Notes: generated by a model not told the origin, from the sequence alone. 64,000 bases of DNA from Candidatus Poribacteria bacterium (GCA_965215015.1 OZ244042.1:1664001-1728000), one strand, 5' to 3'. Positions 38,005-49,198 are shown, counted from the first letter of the stretch. Numbers and translations are program-made.

Positions 38005-38431
38005 AATTATCAGCGAAGAGATCGAATTAGGAGATGTAATTGGTGCGGTCGAAGCGGGAGATGCAGGGGCGATCGTCCACTTCCTAGGAGTTGTTCGTAA
38101 CAACACGGAAGGCAGAGAGGTCTCCTATCTCGAATATGAAGCCTATCCACCGATGGCAGAAAAGAAGATGGCGGAAATTGCACAGGAGATTCACAAAAAG
38201 TGGGGACTAGACCGCGTTGCCATGATTCATCGCGTAGGACGATTGGAAATCGGTGAGGTCAGTGTTGCAGTCGCTGTCGCCTCTCCGCATCGTAAAGAGG
38301 CGTTTGAGGCATGTCATTATGCGATGAATCGGCTGAAACAAATTGTGCCTATTTGGAAACGAGAGGTCTGGGTGGATGGCGAGGAGGAGTGGGTTAAGCC
38401 TGATCCCGTGTTCTTTAAGGCGGAAGTCTGA
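37997..38431 (+). CDS. moaE: Molybdopterin synthase catalytic subunit
   Basis: GAIVHFLGVVR, LEYEAY, HRVGRL.IGE, SPHR.EAF, LK..VPIWKRE. Confidence 0.95.
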   Translation: MFKIISEEIELGDVIGAVEAGDAGAIVHFLGVVRNNTEGREVSYLEYEAYPPMAEKKMAEIAQEIHKKWGLDRVAMIHRVGRLEIGEVSVAVAVASPHRKEAFEACHYAMNRLKQIVPIWKREVWVDGEEEWVKPDPVFFKAEV

Positions 38432-38638
38432 ACCTTACGCTTGAAAGTCAAGGCGCAGAAAGGCGGCAAAAAATGGACATGACATCGACGGTTTTCACTG
38501 CTGGCGGTGCGATGATAGTAAGGTAACCGCTTTATCTATCGGCTCCTGTTCTGGCCCCAACCGACCGATATGATACGTATGTGTCTGTTTATAACAAAAT
38601 TGTATCTTCCGTAAAGTTTCGACTTTAATCAAACCTCC

Positions 38639-41600
38639 TTACAATTCTGCCACAACTTCCATTCCCACCCGGTGTTCCGGTTTATTCTGTGCTGTTGAAA
38701 GCAGGCGGTAATTGAATCGTAACAGCAAATCTGTCACCTTCCGGACCTTGTAATCCGCAGTGGTGCGGACTTCGTGACTAATTCCTGCGTAAAAATTATA
38801 TCGCGTAAAAGGAATACCGCCCTCGCTGCTTCCGTGGTTGAGGCGATAGGTGAAGTCGAATCGCCCCTTGCTGATAAAGGAATAAGTGAACCGATTTTCC
38901 AGCGAGAAAGTTCGGGTCCGGGCTTCTGGCATGTCATCAAGATGCTCACGATCGGCAGTAAATTCGTGGATGCCGGCAACGCCGAACTGTAAAACACGGC
39001 TGAGCTCATAGTTGAATTCAAGTGTGTTCACGCGCTCAAACTGCGTCAGATCGGAAATCGCTGCTGACGCGTTTCCCGCCGGATCCAGTTCAGTAAACCG
39101 TTCCTCTTGCTGACGCTGTTCCCATTTTGCCTTGAATGAGAGTTTTGACGTTGGGTTCAGCGTTAAATCCACCTCCCAATCCCGGCTGTGTCGGCGCCGC
39201 TCCCGGCTATTAATCCGCTTGCTGAGGAGACGATTGATATCAAAACTGAGGTCTAGACTCAATAGCGATGAAGGGGAAAAGTCGAGGCGATACCGCTGGT
39301 TAATTCGCCCAAAAATTGTGCGTTCATTTCGCAGGTTGCGTAACAAATAAAGACTTGCTGGATCTGGGGCTTCCTGCTCTTCTGTAATATTGACAACACC
39401 CTGGCCACGAATAGCATTTGCCAACCAAACTAAGTTACTTTGAGTTTCAATCTTCCTAGATCCCACTGTTGTAGCGTTCCTCCGACGCGACGTGAGGCGG
39501 CGGGGTTGAAAACGTAGACTCAACTTCATATCAATTGCAGAAACAGGCTTGTCATCAACGTTTTGGATGAATTTGATATAATCTCCCTCCTCGAAATCTT
39601 CCCGGTAATGCAGATCATCAATTTTGACATAATGTCCTTCACCCGGCTTAATCTCCCGCCCCGTGTACGGATTGATGTTTGTAAAAATTTCACGTCGCTC
39701 CGTTGCCAACTTTTTGTCGAGTTCATAGGTGAATTGCCCGTCCAACGCTCGGTTGAATGGCGTGAGACGCATTTCGATATCCGCCAGCTGTGTCCTTGAA
39801 TCAGATTCTAGCTCTCGCTGTGTTTTGAACACCCGCCGAGAGATATTTGTAGAGACATTTGCCCATTGACGCGGTTGAGAAAAAAGACCTACCGTCCAAG
39901 TCCTCGCCTTCGTCGCCGACCGCCAATCCGAGAAGCCTAAAGCCTTTCCATCAACGATGAGCAGAGGTTCTTTATCAAAAGCACTTTCGATCGCGTATTT
40001 CGTGTTAATTGACACCCATCTAACGTCTACCAGATCGAGCCGCGCTGTCGAAATAGTCCGTTTTCGGTTGAGGTTCACATTATCGTCGAGATCGAGATCA
40101 ATCGCTTCCAACCGTTCGACGGAGGCATTCAGATTGAACAGACGAATGCGCTGCGAGAGTTGGCCGTGCCTGCGGGATTTGCGGAATTGATCCTGTCCCC
40201 TGACTTTCGAGGTACTCCTTCGGTAATCGCCTCTGAAGCGGGGGAGGTATAGGCGTTTCATCAACCCTGCCCGTGGGTTGAAATCGAAGCCGCCGTTGAG
40301 GTTGTTGCGCAGGGTGACATCAGCGAGTGAGGTAGCTGTATCGACACCATTGAGGCTTTGCTGATTTGCTGATTCCTTGAAATGTTCCTCTGTGCGTCCT
40401 AAGCCGTAATCCAATTTTAGCCAATTGACCGGCTTTACCTGTAGGTCAAGATCTATGGACTTCTCATCAGGGGTTTGGGCTGCGCCTGCATCACCCAGTA
40501 GGTATAGGTCGTCGAACTGTTCATCGGTGTATTGCTCCTCATATCGAAACCGGGTGCGGTTTGTACTGGACGCACCGACAGGCACGAAATCGGCATCAAG
40601 GAATCGAAGATTCAGATTCAATAAAAGTTTCTCGGTTGATGAATTGGCAAGGAACTTCCAGGCCCGACTCAGTGTCTTTCGGTCTCGGTCAGAGAAGGTG
40701 TTCTGGTCCAGCGCACCAAAAGCGATCTGTCCCTCCAGTGTTGGGGTGTGTTGTAGGAGTCCTTGACTTTCAGTGAAATCGAGGCGTCCGTTGACGCCCC
40801 ATACGGTGCGTCGCTGTGGTGCGATGAGAAGGTTCCCATCCCCGTCTGCATCTAACTCGTTTCTCTGAAGCTCCTTAAACTCCTGTTCATTTATAATAAT
40901 GAAAGCATTTCGCGGATCATTTAGATCCGATTCAACCGCATAGCCGAAGCCAATTGTAACGCGCTCGCCGGGTAAATTCAACGAACCACTGATGCCTTGC
41001 AGATTTCGCCGATATGCCAAGTCTTCGGGGATAAATTCAAAATCGACGCGGATGATTTCATTGCTTGTGATTAAGTGTTTGCTCGTAAATTCAATAATTG
41101 GATCGCCGTAGTCGCGGATCACATAGTCATTGTTTTCTCCGCGCCGCATCCGTTGACCGTTCAACCAGACAATTTCAGTTCCCGCTTTGACGATGACAAA
41201 CTCACCATCGACATCAATACGATATTCGCTGCGCCCCTCCTCGCCTCGGATTGTCTTGCTCGCAGATCGTCCCTTGGGAATGGCACTTGGTATGAGATGA
41301 AACTTCCCCCACTTGAAATCTCCTGCGACCTGCACACCCTCCAACGCACGATTAAAAAATATATCCGTATTGCCGAGCGATCCCTCAAAATCGCCTAATA
41401 ACCCAGTGACATTCGGGCTTGTGATGCGGATGAGTTTCTGATCGATGTCTTGAATATTTTCGGTCGTGCCTTCGGGTTGGATGGGGAGGTCTTGGTCCGA
41501 GAGCAGTGCCGTGACTTTGATATTCTCCGAGACTTTTCCGTCAACGCTGATTCGCAAGGCACGCTCCTGAGATAGTGCCCTCTTGCTGCCGACGGAGATA

Positions 41601-42091
41601 CCGAATGTCTGACTCCCTGTCACTTGCACCGGAGGCAGTGCTGACTCTGATGGACGCTGTTGGGTTAGATCTGTACGGGGTTCAAGTTCAACCTGACTGG
41701 GCGGTTGCTCCAACGGCTGATCTTGTCGAAAGAGGTCTCGTTTATACCCTTTTTTAATTGCGAAAGGCAAAACCCTATAGCTAATTTGAATAGTAGCATC
41801 AGGAGGATAGTCCTTCAGAAATCGGAGCGTTCCCGCACGATAATCAATAAGATAATCTAAGTTTTTAGTGAGCTGCACCCCGTTAATTGTTATACGTTCA
41901 CTGTCACGGATAGGGGGCCAATGCTTCAGGATAAAAGGATCAGAGAGATCTTTGAATCGAATGGATTCGGTTTTCTCCAAAAGGGAGAGGGGCGGTAATT
42001 GGAATAGGTCGCGCTTGGATTCTGCGGCGTAAGATACGGAAATGAGAATGCCAATGAGTAAGAAATGCGACGTTGCCAGAAGTTTCCCCAT
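38639..42091 (-). CDS. Very large secreted/outer-membrane beta-barrel-like protein
   Basis: Signal peptide; SE.I.ING..L....DY.IDY..G motif twice; PIQPEGTTENIQDID; long C-terminal region of alternating beta strands. Confidence 0.65.
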   Translation of the reverse strand: MGKLLATSHFLLIGILISVSYAAESKRDLFQLPPLSLLEKTESIRFKDLSDPFILKHWPPIRDSERITINGVQLTKNLDYLIDYRAGTLRFLKDYPPDATIQISYRVLPFAIKKGYKRDLFRQDQPLEQPPSQVELEPRTDLTQQRPSESALPPVQVTGSQTFGISVGSKRALSQERALRISVDGKVSENIKVTALLSDQDLPIQPEGTTENIQDIDQKLIRITSPNVTGLLGDFEGSLGNTDIFFNRALEGVQVAGDFKWGKFHLIPSAIPKGRSASKTIRGEEGRSEYRIDVDGEFVIVKAGTEIVWLNGQRMRRGENNDYVIRDYGDPIIEFTSKHLITSNEIIRVDFEFIPEDLAYRRNLQGISGSLNLPGERVTIGFGYAVESDLNDPRNAFIIINEQEFKELQRNELDADGDGNLLIAPQRRTVWGVNGRLDFTESQGLLQHTPTLEGQIAFGALDQNTFSDRDRKTLSRAWKFLANSSTEKLLLNLNLRFLDADFVPVGASSTNRTRFRYEEQYTDEQFDDLYLLGDAGAAQTPDEKSIDLDLQVKPVNWLKLDYGLGRTEEHFKESANQQSLNGVDTATSLADVTLRNNLNGGFDFNPRAGLMKRLYLPRFRGDYRRSTSKVRGQDQFRKSRRHGQLSQRIRLFNLNASVERLEAIDLDLDDNVNLNRKRTISTARLDLVDVRWVSINTKYAIESAFDKEPLLIVDGKALGFSDWRSATKARTWTVGLFSQPRQWANVSTNISRRVFKTQRELESDSRTQLADIEMRLTPFNRALDGQFTYELDKKLATERREIFTNINPYTGREIKPGEGHYVKIDDLHYREDFEEGDYIKFIQNVDDKPVSAIDMKLSLRFQPRRLTSRRRNATTVGSRKIETQSNLVWLANAIRGQGVVNITEEQEAPDPASLYLLRNLRNERTIFGRINQRYRLDFSPSSLLSLDLSFDINRLLSKRINSRERRRHSRDWEVDLTLNPTSKLSFKAKWEQRQQEERFTELDPAGNASAAISDLTQFERVNTLEFNYELSRVLQFGVAGIHEFTADREHLDDMPEARTRTFSLENRFTYSFISKGRFDFTYRLNHGSSEGGIPFTRYNFYAGISHEVRTTADYKVRKVTDLLLRFNYRLLSTAQNKPEHRVGMEVVAEL

Positions 42092-42418
42092 GAACGGATA
42101 CCGAGAGTCAGACGAGGCGTGATAGCGGAGAAGTAGTCAGAAATAGGGGCAACCCTTGTGATTGTCCTTATTACGTTGAGTTCTTCGAGTCTAACTTGCC
42201 TTGTTATCCCTTTGTTTACGCGATGCTTGTCTTTCTTCAGGTTTTACGTTGCGACAGGTGTCTGATAGGTGGACACACTAATCCACTGTTACATTGAAGA
42301 AATGATAGATACACGACATAAGATATGATATAATAACGCGCTGCAAACTTCAGCAACAACTTTGAACGGAAACTATATCTTTGCAAAGACCACATCACTC
42401 GACGAGGAGGATTCACGA

Positions 42419-43288
42419 TTGTCAATTGCTTTGGAGCCCGATGAAGTCGGGGCGAAAATTATTGATGGAAAACAGCTTGCCAGATCTATTCGGCGCGAAG
42501 TTCGCCGCCAAGTAAAGAAACTCAAATTTATTCCCGGACTTGCGGTGGTCCAGGTTGGAGACGATCCCGCTTCCACCGTTTACGTCAGCAACAAAGAGAA
42601 GGACTGTCAGTATGTCCGCTTTCATTCGGAGGTGCATCGAATGCCAGCTGAGACCCCGCAAGCAGCGGTCATCGAGCGGATTCACGCGCTGAACGATCGT
42701 AAGGATATACACGGGATTATCGCTCAAATGCCAGTCCCTGACGCTATTGATGGAAACGCTATCATCAACACAATCGTGCCTGAAAAGGACGCCGATGGTT
42801 TAACCCTTGTGAATTTAGGGAACCTTTTTGTCAATCGTGAACAGACCGTCCCATGCACCCCGTCAGGAATTATCCGCCTCATTGAATCAACAGACGTAAA
42901 AATCGAAGGGAGTCATGCGGTTTGTGTGGGGCGCAGCAGCCTAGTTGGAAAACCTGTCGGGTTGATGCTGCTCAACCGCAATGCAACAGTTACCTACTGC
43001 CACACGCGGACTCGCGACCTTGCATCGGAGACCCAGCAGGCAGACATTTTGGTTGCGGCAGTCGGCAAACCCAAGTTGATTACGGCAGATATGGTAAAAC
43101 CGGGGGCGGTTGTGATTGATGTGGGAATTACTATTGCTGAGAATGGCTTTGTCGGTGATGTTAATTTTGAAGGTGTTAAGGAAGTCGCTGGTTTTATCAC
43201 GCCCGTCCCCGGAGGCGTCGGGCCGATGACACGCGCGATGTTATTAGAAAATACATTAAAATTAGCTTTGGCTCAGCAAGAGAAATAG
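42419..43288 (+). CDS. folD: Bifunctional methylenetetrahydrofolate dehydrogenase/cyclohydrolase
   Basis: IIDGK, YVSNK, KDADG, PCTP, GRS.LVGKP, VIDVG, TPVPGGVGPMT. TTG start at 42419 behind a GAGGAGG RBS. Confidence 0.95.
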   Translation: MSIALEPDEVGAKIIDGKQLARSIRREVRRQVKKLKFIPGLAVVQVGDDPASTVYVSNKEKDCQYVRFHSEVHRMPAETPQAAVIERIHALNDRKDIHGIIAQMPVPDAIDGNAIINTIVPEKDADGLTLVNLGNLFVNREQTVPCTPSGIIRLIESTDVKIEGSHAVCVGRSSLVGKPVGLMLLNRNATVTYCHTRTRDLASETQQADILVAAVGKPKLITADMVKPGAVVIDVGITIAENGFVGDVNFEGVKEVAGFITPVPGGVGPMTRAMLLENTLKLALAQQEK

Positions 43289-43426
43289 GTTTATCAACCG
43301 ATGGTACTAGTTTGCAACGGTTGTTCAGCGATTCACTGGTTCATTAGTTCACAGATGGATTTAACTCCTGTCTCCCTGAATTCTTGAACTTGCGTATTAC
43401 CCATCATACAAAAATGGAGATTTATT

Positions 43427-44191
43427 ATGGGATTTCCCGGATTCGATCTTAACGGTAAAGTGATATTGGTTACAGGTGCGGGCAAAGGCATTGGTAGAGG
43501 GCTCGCAATCGCTGCGGCACAGATGGGTGCCGATGTAATTTTGAATAGTCGGACACGCTCCGATCTCGAAGAGGTCGCGGAAGAGATACGGTCAGCAGGT
43601 GGTAAGGCTGAACCGGTAGTTTTCGATGTGAGCAAAATGGATGAAATCGATCGCGGTGCACAAGAAGCGGTTGAAGTCTGGGGGCGGGTCGATGTCCTCG
43701 TCAATAACGCCGGCACAAACCGCCCAAAACCGGCACTCGAGGTAACGGAAGACGATTGGGACACTGTCTACAACTTGAATCTCAAGGGATTATTTTTCCT
43801 CACACAGACGCTCGTGAAGCCGATGATTGAACGGGAAAGTGGGAAGATTATCAACATCACATCAACGATGGCATTGGTGGGAGGTCCCTTGCGGACAATT
43901 TACTCTGGCAGCAAGGGTGGAGTTGTGGCATTGACAAAAGGGCTTGCGGTCGAGTGGGCCCCTCACAATGTAACGGTGAATACCGTCGCTCCCGCATTCA
44001 CGCGAACACCGCTTGCCAACGAACTCTTAAAGCGTAAGGAGTTCTATGAAGATGTTGTGCGTCGCATTCCGATGGGGCGAGTTGGTGAAGTCGAAGAAGT
44101 TGTCGGCGCAGTGTTGTACCTCGCTTCGGACGCTGCCAGCTGGGTGACGGGTCAAACCATCGCTGTTGATGGGGGTTGGGTTGCTTGGTAG
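43427..44191 (+). CDS. Short-chain dehydrogenase/reductase (FabG/KduD-like)
   Basis: TGAGKGIG, NNAG, YSGSK, VDGG. Confidence 0.9.
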   Translation: MGFPGFDLNGKVILVTGAGKGIGRGLAIAAAQMGADVILNSRTRSDLEEVAEEIRSAGGKAEPVVFDVSKMDEIDRGAQEAVEVWGRVDVLVNNAGTNRPKPALEVTEDDWDTVYNLNLKGLFFLTQTLVKPMIERESGKIINITSTMALVGGPLRTIYSGSKGGVVALTKGLAVEWAPHNVTVNTVAPAFTRTPLANELLKRKEFYEDVVRRIPMGRVGEVEEVVGAVLYLASDAASWVTGQTIAVDGGWVAW

Positions 44192-44302
44192 CTTACGCGC
44201 AGCATGGGGCGGCACACAAGCGGCAGTTATCTCTTGCATTTCTTCGCGACTTCCAGCCTATCAATTACAAATTCGGAAAATGTTTTCCAAAAGGAGCAAA
44301 GG

Positions 44303-46351
44303 ATGACAACAAGCGTTTCCGCAAATGGAGTCTCCATGCCCGAAATGGTTTCCATCAAAGCGGCCGACATCTCTGCGCCACCCGGGTGGGCACTGATGGA
44401 GCGCAATCTTATCAACCTCATGGAGGAAGCGGCACCCGTGATGGTCAAAAAATACACGGAACCGGGAGGTGCACTTTACTTCGCAGAGGACTTCGACGAT
44501 CTATATGAGCAGTTCTACAACTGGTGCCTGTTCTACGCTATCGGTGCTGATGAGAGTCTACTCAACCTGGCACTACAGGGGTGGAATGCGACGACCCGAA
44601 TCAGCGATGACAGCTTTAATCATCGCCTTCGACACAACGAGTTCACAAAAGTATTCAGACCATCGATGCACAACGAGTTCTGGAATCTGGCGCAATCTGC
44701 GGAATGGCATCATCTCGGCGAAGGCAACATGGCATTCTACGATTTCGGTGTTGCTTGTCCCACAGTCTCGGAGAACGTCCGTCGAGCCCGGAGATTTGCT
44801 GCGATGTTCAGCGGCGAAGATCCCGAAGCTCCCAATTACGACCCTGAGTATAAGATTTTCCGATCTCCGTTTCATTCGAGTCAGGGACCGAGGTTACATG
44901 CAGATGCAGATTTTGCCAACACTATGCTGCTCGCCGGAAGATTTCTAGGCGGGGAGGTCAACTATTACGGCGTGCGTGCGAGCCTTTATCCAATCATCGA
45001 AAATCTCGAACTGAATTGGTATGAAGACCCAAAACGCAGAGCGGAGATTGTCGAACTGTTTGAGAAGTTGGTCCTGCAGTGCGATACCCCTAATAGTTTA
45101 GGTGCTACTGCTCTCATCACGAATGCTTACCTGTATACAGGCGATGACAAGTACAAGCGGTGGGTATTGGAGTATACGGAAGCTTGGTTGGATCGGATGC
45201 GTCGCAATAACGGGGTTATGCCCGACAATGTGGGACCCACCGGAAAGATTGGAGAACACCGCAATGGTGTGTGGTGGGGGGGACAGTATGGCTGGAATCA
45301 TTATCAAGGCTATAATATCATGTTTCACTCGCTCACCATCGCCGCAGAATGTGCCCTGCTGCTCACCGGTGACTTCGGTTATCTTGAACTCCTCCGCTCC
45401 CAGATTCAGCTGCTGTTGGAGAATTCAGTCACGCGGGAGGATGGACAACTTATTATGCCCACGCGATATGGTCCCAACGGTTGGTGTTATGATCCACCAG
45501 TCGGCCCCTCAAACGATGATATTCTACCCATGAGGGGCGTCTACACGGGGCCAATTCCGTGGCGGATGCAGGAACTTGCTCATCTATATCATGCCTCAAT
45601 GTCCGCTGAAGATTATGAATTAATCACGCAGATAAGAGACGGTGAGGTCGAGCGTGATTGGAATGAAATTGGAGACAGGGGAGGCGAGAAGAACGGGGGT
45701 GAAACAGAATTTGCCCGCTTTCAATACTACGATGGGGTGAATCCAGAGTGGCCCGAGAAGATTCTGAGCGCGGAGTACCAATGGGCACTGGAAGCTTTCG
45801 ACAAGATGCGTCTTGATAATCGCACCGTCGAGGAAATTATTACAACGAACTACTTCCCGCCAAATCCCGTTTTCACGAAGGGCTTGACACAGGTCACGAT
45901 GGGTGCACCGCAGTCGGTTTATAATGGTGGGCTCCTCCGAGCAACTGTGCGCTACTTTGACCGGGACAACACTCGTCCCGGCTTACCGCGAGATGTTGCT
46001 GCCCTCGTCGATAAGTTGGCGTCAGATGCGGTCGGAATCCAACTGGTGAACCTCAGCAACACTGAAACCCGAAACGCCATTGTGCAGGCGGGTGCTTTCG
46101 GAGAACACCAGTTTACTGGGCTCAAATACCGAGAGATGAGTCAAGAGGATTTACATCAAAACCCCTATTTATGGCTACGGTCGGAACGGGAATATAGAAA
46201 AAAAGAAATCTCGGTCAATGCGAAGTATTTCGCAGTCGAACTTCCGCCTTCGACATCCGTTCGGCTGGAGGTCGGTATGTGTCGCTTTGTGAATGATCCA
46301 AGCTACGCCTTCCCGTGGCACGGGGGGACGATTCCTGTGCCATTTCAATAG
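44303..46351 (+). CDS. Large conserved hypothetical protein, possibly an (alpha/alpha)-barrel glycoside hydrolase/lyase-like enzyme
   Basis: 682-aa ORF with AAGGAG RBS; DDLYE, EWHH.GEG, PDNVG, WWGG.YGW. The fold assignment is inference. Confidence 0.55.
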   Translation: MTTSVSANGVSMPEMVSIKAADISAPPGWALMERNLINLMEEAAPVMVKKYTEPGGALYFAEDFDDLYEQFYNWCLFYAIGADESLLNLALQGWNATTRISDDSFNHRLRHNEFTKVFRPSMHNEFWNLAQSAEWHHLGEGNMAFYDFGVACPTVSENVRRARRFAAMFSGEDPEAPNYDPEYKIFRSPFHSSQGPRLHADADFANTMLLAGRFLGGEVNYYGVRASLYPIIENLELNWYEDPKRRAEIVELFEKLVLQCDTPNSLGATALITNAYLYTGDDKYKRWVLEYTEAWLDRMRRNNGVMPDNVGPTGKIGEHRNGVWWGGQYGWNHYQGYNIMFHSLTIAAECALLLTGDFGYLELLRSQIQLLLENSVTREDGQLIMPTRYGPNGWCYDPPVGPSNDDILPMRGVYTGPIPWRMQELAHLYHASMSAEDYELITQIRDGEVERDWNEIGDRGGEKNGGETEFARFQYYDGVNPEWPEKILSAEYQWALEAFDKMRLDNRTVEEIITTNYFPPNPVFTKGLTQVTMGAPQSVYNGGLLRATVRYFDRDNTRPGLPRDVAALVDKLASDAVGIQLVNLSNTETRNAIVQAGAFGEHQFTGLKYREMSQEDLHQNPYLWLRSEREYRKKEISVNAKYFAVELPPSTSVRLEVGMCRFVNDPSYAFPWHGGTIPVPFQ

Positions 46352-46925
46352 CTTCGTAATTTGCCACACTTGTGTCGAGGCATAGTAAAAAACTGGGCTC
46401 CTTGTAGCTCAGATTACTATATCAAATCCCTCTGTGATTACAATACCGAAAGTTTCATTTTCTGTATTTGAACCGTGCAATCGCGCATTGCTCTGCCAAT
46501 TCAACGCGTGCATAATGGGCAGGCTTTGAGATGATTTCCATCGCCCTGCAACTGGCATATCCACAACAGACGCGCCAGCTTGGGCAAGCAATACCGCAGA
46601 TGTGTCGCTTGCAGACGCGAAAACGCAAGTGGATTGTTGGACACAATCGCTGGCTTTTCTCCGTTTCTATGAAATTGAGCAGTTCTGGCATCAATTTCAG
46701 AATTTTCACTTTACATGGTACAAGGAGATTTTTCTTTTATCAGATATCACCCCGAAAAAAATATCGATCGGTACGCTTCTAATGCACATCGCACAAGTGA
46801 AATCTTAGTAAGTGGGAACACAACACCAGCAATTCGTAAACGGGCGGCGGAAATAATTGGGGGTGCCCACGCGGAAAATGCACTGCGTTGCATTGCAAGT
46901 GCGAGAGATTGTTCGCTATTGATTG

Positions 46926-48101
46926 TTATGCCGGTAACGGTTGCAGCGATGCACCGATAGGGCGGGCTCCTGTTGGACGCCAAGGAATCGAATCATAGGA
47001 GTGGTATGCGATATCAAGGTGTGGCGTTTCGAGGCGAACATAACCTTGATAGCGTGAATCCAAAGCGGCTTCCAATACACCCGATGTGAGCAATGTCCGT
47101 TCGATTGGGTAGGTCGGCACCCCGGTGACAAACATCTCTTCGATATTTAAACTGAGGTAGCTGAAGTGTGGGTGCGGATCTCCATGTAAATAGAATTCCG
47201 ATCCGTAGATATTGCTGTCAATCCTCGCTGCGTAAGCCAAGTCAGTTACATAGCCGTTCAGCATCAAGGCTGCTCCGCGGAACCCATCCCGATATTCTAG
47301 AAGAAAAAGCGCAGGATTTTTACAGTGCTCTTCCATAGAGCCAGACGGTTTATTCTCTATTGGCGCGCAAGCAGCCTCCGCCAGTTCGCGCCACCACGCC
47401 CCGGCTTTTCCTGACTCCCACACCGCATCACCCTCCAGGCAGGTCACCGCAGTGACACCAGTTTCACCGCCGACACGCCGCTCGACCATACATTGGAGCG
47501 TTTCCAGTGTATGAAAGCCGTAGATGTCCAAACCTGAATAGCCGATTGAAACCGCTTCCGTGATTGGGGTTTCCAACGGATGTTCCAACCATGGATTGCG
47601 ATAAGCGAAAGGCAGGGATGAACCTGCCATGAACGGTGCACCGAGCTGCGCCGCACGGTCAACCATCCATTTAGCATCGTACCAGTTATAGGAAAGGTGT
47701 TTATCATTAAAAACAGGGACACCTCCCGCACTTGTCGAAAAAACGCCGCAAATCTGCTCCATGAAGTATCTGCGCGGATAGAGTTGCTGGTCTTTCTCGT
47801 TCCAAGCGTAGTCGCCGTGCTCCCCGATCAGGAGGACACCATCGACAGCGAGCTCACTTCCACCGAGCGTCAACGCCTTAGCGATACTCGGATAGATTGG
47901 CACATTATATGCTGCGGCAAATCCTCGACTCAAATCATTTTCGGGAAACTGATCGATATACATTGACGCAATTTCGATGCGCGGTTGAATCAATCCATCG
48001 TCTGTCGGGAGCCCTTTCAGGAACTTGGTGACAATTACATCAGCGTGGGACCCCGGACGGTACTCGGTAATGATTGCTGCAATCTTTTTACGCTCGGACA
48101 T
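46926..48101 (-). CDS. Uncharacterised oxidoreductase-like protein, paralog 3
   Basis: Same family motifs as 12135-13328 and 13350-14531. Confidence 0.65.
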   Translation of the reverse strand: MSERKKIAAIITEYRPGSHADVIVTKFLKGLPTDDGLIQPRIEIASMYIDQFPENDLSRGFAAAYNVPIYPSIAKALTLGGSELAVDGVLLIGEHGDYAWNEKDQQLYPRRYFMEQICGVFSTSAGGVPVFNDKHLSYNWYDAKWMVDRAAQLGAPFMAGSSLPFAYRNPWLEHPLETPITEAVSIGYSGLDIYGFHTLETLQCMVERRVGGETGVTAVTCLEGDAVWESGKAGAWWRELAEAACAPIENKPSGSMEEHCKNPALFLLEYRDGFRGAALMLNGYVTDLAYAARIDSNIYGSEFYLHGDPHPHFSYLSLNIEEMFVTGVPTYPIERTLLTSGVLEAALDSRYQGYVRLETPHLDIAYHSYDSIPWRPTGARPIGASLQPLPA

Positions 48102-48163
48102 TTTGCTATCTCCTTAGCGGCATCCTTTTCCAACAAGGCACTATATTCTTCACGTTTTACGTT

Positions 48164-49198
48164 TCATTCCTCGTAAACTACACCTAACTTGATACTCTTC
48201 TCCGGTGCTTCATCAATGTCCCGATAGGCTGTAGCCGATTCACTGAATGGGACAATCGGATAGACTAAACTTTCCACCGAAAGTCGCTCTTCCCGCAATA
48301 GTGCGAAGGCCTCCGTATGCAGTCGGTGTGTGTCCCATAATGGATGGCCAGGGATAGGTTGGCTCACATCACGGGTCGAAATCATCGTCAATCGATTCCG
48401 GTGCCACTCCCCTTCAAGGCTTAATGCGCGGGCATCCCCTGTGTAATATGCCGAAGACACAATCGTTCCCATGTAGCCTGTGGCGCGCAAGGCATCGTTC
48501 AGTGCAGCATAAATACCACTTGTTTCTAGGGAGACATCAACGCCAATCTTGTCTGTCAAATCTTTGATGACCAGGCCAGCGTCTTCAGTAGTTGGATCGA
48601 TAACTATATCTGCACCGTGCCGCTTGGCAAGCTCACGACGAACAAGAATCGGATCCGTTGCAGCAATCCACCGCGCCCCTTGGAGTCGTGCAATCTGCAC
48701 CGCCATCTGCCCAATCGCCCCAAGTCCAAACACCGCCACACGGTCACCGAGACCGATTTTGCTATCCCGCACTGGACTGAGTGCAACACCCGCCGGATCC
48801 GAATACACGATAGCTTCGGGGGACATCCGATCCGGCACCGCTTCTAAACGTTCTTCGTGGACAGTGTGTGTTTCACGGATGGGCAGATGTCCGAAAACAC
48901 GATCCCCTACCTGAAAGCATGTCGCACCTTCACCAATTTCAATCACTTCGCCAACCGTCATGTTACCTAACCGTATCGGGAATTTCGGGGTGCCCCCTTC
49001 TCCGATATGCATCCGGCGTTCCCACTCAAAAGGGGAGATATGGTCTTTCGTTTCAGCACGATAGCCGCGAAGCTCTGATCCATGTTTGGGCGCAGAAAAG
49101 ATACTTCGCAGTCGCACTTCACCGGGATTGAGTGACGGTTCCTCGTATTCACGAAGCACAGGTGTCCGGGGCGCAATAGCAATGAGTTCTCTGGGCAT
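48164..49198 (-). CDS. Medium-chain (zinc-binding-type) dehydrogenase
   Basis: GroES-like N domain (VGEVIEIGEG...VGDRV) and GLGAIG Rossmann motif. Confidence 0.8.
   Translation of the reverse strand: MPRELIAIAPRTPVLREYEEPSLNPGEVRLRSIFSAPKHGSELRGYRAETKDHISPFEWERRMHIGEGGTPKFPIRLGNMTVGEVIEIGEGATCFQVGDRVFGHLPIRETHTVHEERLEAVPDRMSPEAIVYSDPAGVALSPVRDSKIGLGDRVAVFGLGAIGQMAVQIARLQGARWIAATDPILVRRELAKRHGADIVIDPTTEDAGLVIKDLTDKIGVDVSLETSGIYAALNDALRATGYMGTIVSSAYYTGDARALSLEGEWHRNRLTMISTRDVSQPIPGHPLWDTHRLHTEAFALLREERLSVESLVYPIVPFSESATAYRDIDEAPEKSIKLGVVYEE

Noticed and set aside
46400-46925. Possible gene or pseudogene between converging genes
   Set aside because: Only short overlapping ORFs with no recognisable motif; left unexplained.
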